In this document: one piece after another, positions 38,061-50,000 of the stretch
How positions within the stretch are numbered: the first letter of the stretch is position 1
Layout: each line of letters starts with the position of its first letter
From: Lepidodermella squamata
Lineage: Eukaryota > Animalia > Gastrotricha
Direction: 5' to 3'
Length of the DNA stretch: 64,000 bases
Assembly: GCA_047495785.1 (NCBI GenBank)
Contig: JBLDXI010000001.1
Coordinates: 4,464,001 to 4,528,000, forward strand
Position numbers and translations under genes: made by a program
The notes under the pieces: generated by a model
Databases searched by the model: none
What the model saw: the letters and a program-made list of their open reading frames with translations, nothing else
Told to the model about the DNA's origin: nothing

Positions 38061-41000
38061 CTAAGAAAACGTGACGAAAACCGGCGGCGACTCAACGTCC
38101 TCAGCGTCCATGCCAGCGTCGGCAGGCGGCTCGATGAGCAGCGTCAACTGCACCGTGCTGTCACTCGGCGATTGTTTCATGTCGACAAAGTCAGCCAGCG
38201 GCTTGCCGAGTCGGTCCTTGTGGCCCAACAGCGGGAAGTAGACCGGCCGCGCGCCCTGCACAACCGCCGTCACGTTGAGGCCGCCGTAACGCTCGCGAAC
38301 CGCCTCAATGAAGCGCGCTACGGTCGTGTCGCTACGGCTCGCGGCAAAGCGCCACTTGTCCCAGACGGTGAACGAGCATTTGTCACTGGGTATAAAGTGC
38401 CGAAAGACTCGATATTTTTATATGAAATAACATGGGTGGTGTGTGGGTGGTCTCGAGCAGGCGCGGGTGCAAATTATTTCCGAACGACCAAAGTTTTTCT
38501 CGCTACCATTATGTGTTTTTTTTTATCAAACATAATGTTGGCCGATTTATCAATCCAGCAACATAACAATGAAGATTCGCTAGTATTATTATATATATAT
38601 TGTTGAATAATTATTAACTGCGATGATTGCCAATCGTCACGTGTATCCTCATCACCAGAAGTCCTTCTCATCATATTATTATTTTCTCGCTTTAAAAGGC
38701 TGACCTTCACCGACGACTTATTTCATAGTAGTAGAGTAGTAGTAGTGGATGTAGTAGTAGATCATAGCTAGTAGAATTCATGGAGTACAAGTAGAAGTGG
38801 CCTTACTTGAGCACTTGCACATCCGCCGATTTCGGCTTCGATCGCTTTATAACGAGCGACTTCGAAAAGTCCATATCGCCGTTGCGGAATGATTCAGACA
38901 CCGGGGCGCTGTCGCTCGGCTGCAAACGCGTGTTCGCCGTTATTTTCAACAACTCGCAAACAGCCTGAAATAAAAAAATGTGAAAATTTGTTTACACTTG
39001 GTTCTTTTCGAATTCTAAATGAGTCATAATATCTGCACCATTCAAAAATGAGGTTCCTGCACTACATGTTTCAGATTCTTTGCTATTTCAGAGTTTTCGT
39101 TTGTAGATCGATACCTGAACCTAGGATTTTATATTTTAGCTACCCAAGCTACGAAGAAAAATGATCGATATTGGTTTCGGAGACGGCTGATATTGGAAAA
39201 ATCACCGATTTCCAAAATCGATACTTGGAATCGATATCGGCTCGGCAGGCCGAAGCTAAATCTTCAACATACCGCTCATAGAGAAATATATCGGTTAGGC
39301 AATGTAACAAAAAAATGAGATTCTAGTTAAGACTTGGATCTCGAATTTAAAGCTGAAACTTTAGATTTTGCATTTCCCGTAAGTAACGCAAACAAACAAA
39401 ATTCGCGGAAAAGGAATCCAAAATGAGAGAAAAAATTGCATTTAATGATCAAAAGATCCTTGGAAAAATTCAAAATGCAACAAGAATAGTAATAAAGCAT
39501 TTTACTCGGCGGATCGGATCGGATTAAAAATTCAGGAGAAATTTGGCGCAATTGGGTAAAATACCGAAAATTACCATCGGGAAATTCCGGGTTTCCTACG
39601 GTTAATTTTTTTATATTATCAATCAAAATCGCGCACAAATTAATTATATCTCCCTGTAGTTTTAATTGAAAAATTTGGATGAATTTCCTATAAAAGGTAG
39701 TAAAATTGAAAAATTGTTGCGTAACTTATGGGACACGCTGTATATTCCTGTTTAAACTTACCAATTCAGCGGAGAAGAATTCCATGGCCGGCAGGGTCCA
39801 GACGGGGTCGATAGTTGCCGTACAGCTGCGGTTGGCTGCGACGAATTTCGCCAGCTGGCCGTTCGAAATCGAGCCGATGCCGACGCCGTACATGGACGCG
39901 CGAAGATTCGCAGCCGCCTCGACGAAACGGAACGCGGCTGTCGAGCGACGCTCGGGCCGCAGCGCCTCGACCATGCCGAGCGGCTTCTTCTGATCGGCGC
40001 TCAGATTGCGCACCATTTGCAGCGCTTTTTCAACAGTGGCCTCGCCATTCTCAACTTCACCTAAAACATTATCAAAAGCTAATTGAAATTCAAACAAAAA
40101 AGCAAAGTAATTTGAAAATTTCAACTAAAACAGGTCAGCTGTTTCAACTGCTACAATTTTGCAAATTCATATGCTACCGTTGGGACGTTTGACAACTCTG
40201 ACAGAAGTCTACACCGGCTTATCAAGAAGCAGAGCTATGGGACAGAAAATAGAGCAAACGCGTTGTTGCTATGGCACCAGACATGATCCCGATACTGGCT
40301 GATTGGCAAGTTTTCAGTTTACAATCCACAACTTCGAAACGCGATCTATGGGTCACTAGTGACTTGGAACGGAGACCATTGAATTTCTATAATCCCACAA
40401 CGAAAACATGCTGCCATTTATCGCTGGAATTCACGACGATGATACGTAAAGCGTATGTGCCTCCGGATCAAGAAATCATCGACACAAACTGGGTTTGTCG
40501 TAGGAAACGTAATTAAGTTGGTGAAATCATTCGTTACAAAATTCGCCTTGTATGTCGTGGTTTTCTTCAAGTTACTCTCACCAAACTTACGCTTATTACT
40601 TCGTTTTCAGGCAGGATGATTTCACAACTGCTCATTTGAATTCGGATCTCGACGAGCTTGTCTACTGTCATATTCCTGAACCGCGAAAACACCAAATAGC
40701 GATATATGATATATATCAATATTACTAAGCGGTGACCGTCAACAATTTGGCGGCAACAGTTGCAACCCAGGTTCAAATGCATTCTGGTTTTTTGGCGATT
40801 AATAATCGCATTGACGCGGCGAACGCCCGCATCGACGCTTTGGAAAGGCATGTCAACGATGCTATCCCGCTGATTGCTGCTCCTCCCCAGGTATGGTCGC
40901 AATTTGTTAAATCTGCTCAATTTTTACACACACTCATAATTTCAGGTTTGTCCAAAAATGATCCAACTACGACGTCGACGATATATTGACAGTTCACCCG

Positions 41001-44000
41001 GCTCCAACATTGATTACCCCGTTCTTGATGCCAAAAGATGCAAGCGAAGTCCCTCTTCCGAAAAATGGGAAAGCATGAAGGACATTACTACATTTTTCAA
41101 TCTAAACACAACCGAACGGAATTGCCGATCGCTGAAGTCTCCCTCTCTAGCCGAAAAAGCTAAAAATTGTCAAGCTGACCGGTGACTCCGCCAAACTGAA
41201 GGCGTTCAATTATGAACATCGTCTCAATGAATGTTACGGCGCGGAATGGAAAAAGAAAATTAATATATCCGAGGGGCACAAATTAGGCCAAATCAAGTAA
41301 TCGTCCAAATCGATAGGCCAAATCGTCTCTAAATTGTACATACAGCTTTCGGACCGGAAAATTATTATCGCAATAAATTGACTGACTTAGAAAAGCGGCG
41401 GTATTTTTTCTTAAAAAATCGCGACATCGTGAAACCCTATTACCTCACTGAACACCGTTAACTGCTACAACATTGCGCCCTTGCCCCTTTCCGATCATTA
41501 CCAGGCGGTCATACAAGGCACGCCACCTGAGATTCATCGCCCAAGCTCTGATCCAACCGGGCGTCGCCGAGCGAATGGCGGTTTGGAATGAAGGCGTCGT
41601 AACTCGTGACGAGGTGGAGACAGCCGTAAAAGCGATCGATGTTCAGCAGGAATCTGATGATACTGATGACCATAGGATTGACAACCCGGTCTCAGAAGAC
41701 GCCGCAGTCGGCTCGAATTTTATGTTTTTTTATGTCAAAAACGAACTTGGACCTTTATTGACGAGCCGTGAGAGTGGGAATCGTGACCATGAGTCCCTGA
41801 TGCTGGATTACGCAGATTTCAACCTACAACATAGTCTTCGCGCGCAAAGTACGGTTTTCAGAGCCTTACCCATACGATCGCCCATACGCGACATGAGCAT
41901 CAAAACTGCCGGCCACATCAACTCTAATCAACTCTAATAATCAACCCTAATCCGCATCCGCAAGGCTTAATTGTTTTTCTCAAACCCTCAGGGTGGCGGT
42001 CGCTCAAATAAATTTAGGAAACGCAACACCGGTTTCTTGAAGAGCTCGGCGCTGCTACATCTCACACATAAAATCAAGGTTCAACTCGAGATTTTTCGTT
42101 TTTTACGTTCGAGCATTAAATAGATGAAAATTAAATTTGAAACATTGAAAATGCCTCAGATTTCTTATTAGGATTTTGGCATCAAAAGTTATGACAAACT
42201 CCGTACCATTGCTTTCAGTTCCGTTGCCGTTGGATTTTAGCGGCGACCTAGCGCGCGCCGATTCCTTCGACTCGTGCTCCAGCTTCTCATTCGTGTCAAT
42301 GCGCTTCTGCTTCGGAATGAAATTCGGCAGTGTCTTGCACCGCTCAGACGTCAGGAAGGCCGCGACCTGGGCCTCGACATCCGCCGGCACTGGGACGTTG
42401 TAAATCACAGCGAACAGCTCAGCGGCCGCAGTCAAAAACTGCCTCGCCGGGCCGTTCGCCACGATGAGCTCGTCAAAGTCCAACGGGCGCGGCAGTTGAC
42501 GCGGCAGGGCCCAGAACTTCTTACCGTCGCCCTGCTTGTGATCGGGCGGGAAGTTGAAGACGAGCTGGCGGGCCTTGAAGTCGAAGTACTTCTCGAATTT
42601 GACGCGGGCCATGTACAGGCAGTCGGTGAATGACGCCGTGTTGTTGAACATGAAGTGCAGCACCGTGGCGGCACTCGACTGGTCGAAATCCACCGTCGTA
42701 GTGTCATTCGCGGCCGCCTCGATGAACTTGTTGCAGATCTCCGGCTTGGCGCGGAACAGCGATTCAAACTTGTCGATGGCCCACAAAATGCAGTGAGAAA
42801 CCTGGGGGCGTGAGAAATTAGAATAAAATAAAAATTCAAAAGAATTTTTCTTTGCAAATCGATCTCAGATTTATCATTGAATTTGGCGATAGAAAATTTG
42901 AGGCTCAATTTCTATTTCAAAATTCTATCACAGTTTCACATGTTCTATCGCGAAAGCCTTTTCATTGCTAGTGGAGTGGTTGGACTGTTCAGACGCGAAA
43001 GTGAGCGTCTAACCAGCTGGAAAATCTTCTGATTTTGATTTAGGTTCGTATTCTATCTTTGCGATTTCTAATATCGTCGCAGAAATACTATAAGGTTCCA
43101 AATTTGGGAGAATATCATAACCCGCGTCAAAACGCAAGCTTCACCCATCAGACAACTAACAGCCGGAAACGATTCCCACTCTGAAGCAATTAACCTCACT
43201 GTGTAGATAATTTTACACGATTTACTTCGTCTTCACTCTTCCAATCTTGATTTTTCTGATGATACTCATAATCTTGGTCGTACTATAGTGGAAATTTGGC
43301 CGTCGGACCCTGATAAAATGTCTTATTCGGTTGATCGTGAAAATTATCACACTTCGACTCGATACCCTTCCTCATTTTCTCATTTCGATCAAAGTCGCCA
43401 ATTTTAACGAAGTCGACATTTCTGTTCTTATGATATTTACACGAGCTGCTTCTTACCTGCTTTTATTTATCCGGCTCGACGCAGTTATTCCTAGCTGCAC
43501 ACCGCTGTTTAGCTGGAACATACGGCGATGTCGTTTTTTTGCTCCGAAACTGTGATTTCGAAATATGTTATTCAGGCTGATTTGAAGTTCATGGAATCTA
43601 AGCTATCTAGGCCATCTAGTCAAGAAAATCTTCATTATCGGTGGAAGAAATCCCAAAATTGATGGTGGAACTTTGAAGGTAATAAGCCGTAAATTTATGG
43701 TAGGAACATTCACAACCATTTCCCTATGCCCGTGGCTCCCGGTCTCATGGGTCGAATTGTAAAAAAAAATTACTGATGATGTATCATCAAAATATGAAGT
43801 ACCCTTGCTGAAAATCCCTAATTCGACTGTAAAAGTGACTTGCCACTCCTTTCTTTTCTTGAGTGGAGGATGGCCACATTACATAAATTTGCTTTCGGCA
43901 AAGTAGGATTGCAAGTCCAAGTCACCAAGCATTATGATCCGTGGTTAATATCGAATACGATAATATCGAATGTGTCTGGCTTGGCTCTAATTGCCTTAAA

Positions 44001-47000
44001 TTCTCTAAAATTTTCACTAAAACTGCCCATCAAATCGAATTCTTCCTTTTCCTTGCTCCAAAACGAAATGGTCCTTTCTGCAAAATGACAACACAGAAGT
44101 CTTGCATGTCTGCGTTCGGCAGCAATACGAATGGCGTGATGGCGCTGTCCTACTTCATCGATACGGCAACTAGTCAGTGTTCCATGCATGCGACGATATA
44201 TTGTTTTTCATTCTATTTTCCTGAGTTTTTTTTACTAAGAGAATCCATAGTCAGAAAACCTATTTGGAACTTAATGTGTCAACAAATTGGACCAATTGCT
44301 ATTCCAACTATTCGGAAATTTAAAAAATTACAACACCACGAATTCCTACAACCGCTGAAGTCGACTTCGTCAATAGCACTATCCTTTCTCGAATTCCTGG
44401 AAATCCTATTACGTACTCGAGTTACGATAGCGTCGACGATCCAGCGTAAACAGCTGCTTTCCCCCTGAATTTCTCAATTCTTCATCACTACCGCAGCATA
44501 AACTCGCCTTGAAAATGGGATCCATTGTCATTCTGCTTCGGAATACGTTATAAAATGACTAAATATGGGCTTTGACCTCAAAATGGCACCCGCGTGAGTC
44601 GAAACGACGTCAGCAAAGAATATAAGAATCTGTTGTTACGCGTTAATCTTTTTCAAAAAAGTTGGACATGCCCCGAAAACCAGAGACCTGCCCCACTCCA
44701 GTAAAGCCTAGTCAAATGAGCCCAAAGCCCAAACAACAACCATAAGGTGAATTTGCCTTAATTTTATTGCTGATTTATCCAAGCATAATGCCCCCTTTAC
44801 GACGACAATTAGGCGGGAGAAGACTATTTTGCTGTTTCGCAGAAAAAAGTTATTATGAACGAAGAGATTCTGAAATTAGAGTGTGGCTAATTTTTTTCGA
44901 CCACGAATTTAAGCCCGCTTAGCTTTTTCAACCCAAAAGTAATTCAATCCCATCTGGGGCTATTCTCGGGGGACTAAACAAAGAAGAATAAACAACGGAA
45001 TTTCTTCGCGCGACAGATTTCTCCAGCGTGGTTATCTAGAAGAATCATATCGACTATTGCCCATGACTTGAATGGAAAGAGGCAAGTTCATTTGGCAACA
45101 CCGCGAATCAACCGCGCGAAGCACCAGGTCTTCAAGCTTCTAAGTTCAATTCACGAAAAACGAATTCAAAGCTAAGTTCTATGAGGGCATTGAGTTAACT
45201 GAGCAACTTTCAGAATAGCATAAGGAGGTGAATTTCAAAAATTGATGCCAAATTCGAAATATATCGCAAATAGTTATGCAAAACCTTTATTGAGGCATTA
45301 AATTACGATTTTCGACATTATAAACATGTACTAAAATTTGTCAGTCGTAATTTTGGACCTCATCGAACCTTCGAAATGTTCACTTGGATCCATGAAATAT
45401 TCGGAAAATTTTGCTGGAATTCAGCACGTAAAAAGGTAGTAAAACGAACCTGGTTGGGGAAGTTTTTGACGACGCAGTGAGGCGGAGCGGAGAACGAGCC
45501 GCCAACGAGCGGCTTCAGCTCCTGATTCTGCGGCAGATCAGTTTGGCCAGGAACAGTCAGATCAACAGCGCTAATGAGTTCGCCCGGGCCGCCGAAGCGA
45601 ATCGCAATGAACGGCTTCGTTTTCGTCACAATTTTACGCCTGAGCGCGTCGAGCGTCGCGTCACGAACCCCGGCGGCGATAATGGCGTCGAACTGGTCGA
45701 GATACGCGTCGTCCGTGTGAACGGCGTGCTTCGGGTCCGCGTCTTCGATGAGGGTGGCCTTGAAACCGGGCTGTTCTTCGACTTGGCTGACGAGCGATTT
45801 GCCGAGAGAGGCAACCCCGCTGACGACGAGAACGCGAGATTCGCGACCGCCCAGCAGGGTGTTGATATTTTCGAGCACAACCATGTCAGACCAATCGACG
45901 ATGATCTAAAAATATTATAAAAAATCATAAATGTCATGAAAATATATTCAGATTCGATTATGATAAAGATCCAGGAAATTCCCACGAATTTCCGTGGAAT
46001 ATTAATAGAACCAAAAATTGGAGTATCGATATTTAATTTCAGCCTTTACAAGAGACGTATAAAAGCTAGCTCGATCTTTTGTGTCTGTCTCGATTGCAAT
46101 CTATTATATAACGAGTCGAAATTTGAAGTTTGGACTTGTTACAATCGATTGATCCGTCTTCGGAAGTATTCACTTGGCACTTTTTACAGCCCCGACACGA
46201 TGAAAACTCGAGAAATCGGAAAGATGTAGTTGATTTCAGAGCTACGCCAAACTGAAAAGGGCTGAGAAGCCGAAAGTCTCATCGATTCAAGTCATCGCTC
46301 CTGCCGAAGCTCGAGATTGATTACTACTAATGACTATTGGTAGAAAATCAAAATTGACCGGGCCCTTATCAACCAGATCTGATACAATACTCTCTAATGG
46401 AACGTCTGTCGAATTCGGATACGAACACTCAAATCTAGCGGTCTCACTGTGTTAGTTGTCTTGGAAAACTGATCGAAATAACAAAACGAGGAAAAACGTC
46501 GGTGCCTTCTTCGAGATAGACCCGACTCATCCTGCTCAGCGTTGGTCTGCGTGCAGAACGAAAATGCTCACCGGCAAAATGCCAGCTCCAATTTATCACT
46601 GCAACGTGAACTAGGGCGGCGTCGATCTTTCTGATCAATTAACCTCATGCTACTGGCCGAGGATTCCAACAAAAAATGGCGGTGACCATTTTTCGGCTGG
46701 TTTTTGGATGCCACAAGTGCCAATGCCCGGCTGCTCTGGAGGAAAAGAATCAGCAATTTGGCAACAAGGCTGCGTTTGTAGAGTATTTTGCGCCTGTTAA
46801 AATGACACTTGATTTGCAAAAATCGGATCGAATTTGAATTTTCTGTGAATTTTCAAAGAAATGGTTCTTGGCCGCACGACTTTGCGTATTTTTCTGTTCC
46901 ACTTACTTTCCTTTCCAGATGTTGTCGGTAACGGTTATGCACCTGAAGTAATGACTCAAGCCATTCAATACGTTGCTAAGTGCTCCCATCTTCCTAAGAG

Positions 47001-50000
47001 CGGCAGCCGACGTCAGCAAAACCTTATCGAGGCTGTGCGCAAATTTGTCACGCAGCATGACATTCCTGGCGGCCGAAAGATCGGTCATGGCAATGTTGGC
47101 GCGGCCGCTAATTCCGCTAACTCTGGGAGCGTGAAAACGAAAGAAGACGGCAAAAAGGCGAGCAAGCCGCCGCGTTGACTTCTTCGAGGTATTTTTGCAT
47201 TTAAACCCAGTAGTTACCTCATTATAATTACCATGTGTTTGATTTGACAGGCGAATGGTACGAAGTACGATGTCAGATCTATGAGTGGACTCAAACGGCT
47301 TTTACTGGAAAACCGGTCAAGTAAAACGGCCTTCGACGTTGGCGTCGTTGACTCCGAGGGCGTCAACGACACGGAAAGCCTCGTTGAGATAATCGCAAAC
47401 ATGGAGCAAGTGTCCGCTCACCTCAAGTCACTTCAGCTGCGACAAGAATCGCTAATGGGCGAAGCGTTTGAAAAAATGTACAAGTGCCTTAAGGCTGATA
47501 AGCTTATCAAATCGAAAGAAGATATTTTCAGTATATTGACCAACGTTTTACGTTCAAGAAAAAGTATGTAAAAAATAAAATCACAACGTTCCGAGCCTTT
47601 GTCGGCCTAGAAAAGTTCCTGGACTGCGGCCTTCCTGTCTATGAGGCTTACAAGCTGAGGGCGCAGTTAACGAAACTGAAAGCCGCAGAGCCGGATTTTT
47701 ATCGGGAGTTTTATGACCTGCCGTGTCCTGCGCACGATTGAATTGCTCTTTCGGCTTGCTCTTTCGAATGGCTGTTTTGGCCTTGGTTTCTCCATCTGAA
47801 TTTTGGCATCTGAGCTTGTTTTAGCCATTGTTTTTATCTAAATTTTATCTAAATTGATAACGTACTCGGCATCTGAGCTTGTTACGGCCTTTGTTTTCCA
47901 TCCGAATTTTGGCATCTGTTTCAGCCATTGTTTTTTATCTAAATTTTGATAACGTCGAACGAACGATAAGTCAACGCAAAGTCGGCTGCTCTGAACTCTG
48001 GCACTACTACAACGTTTATTTTCCATCCAAAGGATCTTGATTGTTTTCGCAATCGATTTTCTAATTCATTCACTAGAGACATACTTTTTTACATAAGAGA
48101 CAAAATAGTTCATCGCTACTGAAAGGTTTAAAGCTACCACCGCAAAACCAAGTTATAGCATGATATCCGAGATACTGGGCTTTAATCAGCCAATTTCGAA
48201 CTACGCTGAATCCACAAAATGCCTATAGCTCTTTGAAACTCCGATTTGGGATAACGCACTTTGAGCTGTTCGCTGTTCGCTGTTCGTGACAATCATACTT
48301 CGCTTTTCGAGTCAGTAACTTGCTAATTTGCCACCATGATAAAGCTACGACAAATTTACAGGCATTTTATCGATCATGACGGCTTTGCAAAATTTTCAGA
48401 AACTCTCAAAGCATCAGTCATACAAAACCGAAGGCTCGTAATTTCGATTGTAATCTTGCACACAATAAATCAAAAATATAATGCAGATGGCAAGATCTTG
48501 CTTCGAAGCACTAAATAGACTTATCAGCAACAAATCGAAAGCAAGTATACCCGCTAAAATGAAAGTTAAATGAGCCGTGATGACCCCTACCCTTCTTCGT
48601 GCATGCGAAAACTAGAACAAGACTGCAACACTCAGAGTCCATTACAAGCTGAATATTTGGAAAATTTCAATAATTTTGTTAGTATTTACAACGAAAAATG
48701 CCCAAATTGGGAAATTATTGAAAAAACGGCCCAAGACAGGATGAAATCGAGGGCCTTCGTTAAATTTTGGCCAACAGGTCGCTGGGAACGTAATCTACTT
48801 GACTTCTCACTCTCGCCGTCGTTCAAACGTCGGTAACCTCACCATCAAGAAATCGACGAGTAATAAATAAATGATGATTATCGGATCTTTTCATTTTCCC
48901 ATCAACTACCGTTATGAAAACGCAAAAAAACGATTTACAGAAAGCATAGCTAACAAACCCATTGCTGAAGAGGTTCCAGCTTGTGCGAAACAGCTTTCAC
49001 AGCCTCGACAACGGTCAAACTCGACGCAAGGCGGTGCAGCAACGGCAGCTCGCCCAGCTGGCTGAACAGGTGGAATCGCTTCGCCACCGATTCAATGTCC
49101 TCCGCCTGCAAGAAGCAAATGTCGAACAGCGAGCCGAAATCGGCCTGGCCAGACGCGACCAGCTTCGCGAAGTCATCCGGCGCGCACGGCGAGCCCTTCT
49201 TGCGGCTGTACGTGCAGTAGCCGAGGTACGTGTTCAGCAGCGCGTGCGATTTTTTGAGTTCTTTCGTCTCGAATTCGTTGCACGAGTCGAATTTCGGGTG
49301 CTTGCGCAGCTGCGACGCCAGGTTTTCGAACGAGGCCGTCAGGGCGGAGGAGGCGGGGCGGACGAAGCCGGACACCTGCACGACGCGGCCGCCCGAGCCC
49401 GAGTCGTCACGCCCGCCCGTCACCAGGCTCGACGTGTCAATGTCGACGGCGAACGTCTTGTCGGTGAGCACTTCGACGGCGCATGAGTAGCCGTCGCGGA
49501 ACTGCGGCAGGTTGACCGACAGCTCGCACGTCTGACCCGTGCGCAGGCCGTGAGGCCGGTCGCACACCACCACGGTCAAATTGCCCTAAATAAAAAATAG
49601 CAAATTAATTAATAAATGTAAATAATCCCATCACGGAAAAAAATTTCTATCAGAATCAGAATACGCGGAGAATGGGTCAGAATATTTGCAAATTAGGAGT
49701 CCTAGCAACAAATGATTCCAATTTTCGGCGATTTCGGCTTCTTCCTTTCTTAACAAATATTGAAGCCTCTCATGACCCTGGGTTTTTAAACCGATGATAT
49801 ATATGTCCTCGGGCAAATGCACTCGTTTTAATTCACAGGTGAACCCAGCCCTGGACAGTTGGCATATGCTGGTACATTACTTGTCGTCCTGCGATTTGGC
49901 CAACATGTCGACTATAAGTAAACGTGTAAATATTCCTAGCAAGGCTTATAATTACTTCGAAAAATTATTCTTTTACTGTGATCTAGAAAAAGAACCGGAA

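Noticed and set aside
48962-49490. Long plus-strand ORFs opposite GC-rich exons (also 42274, 45477, 53976, 59175, 61765, 38013; minus-strand 6143)
   Set aside because: They are antisense shadows caused by biased codon usage in real exons.
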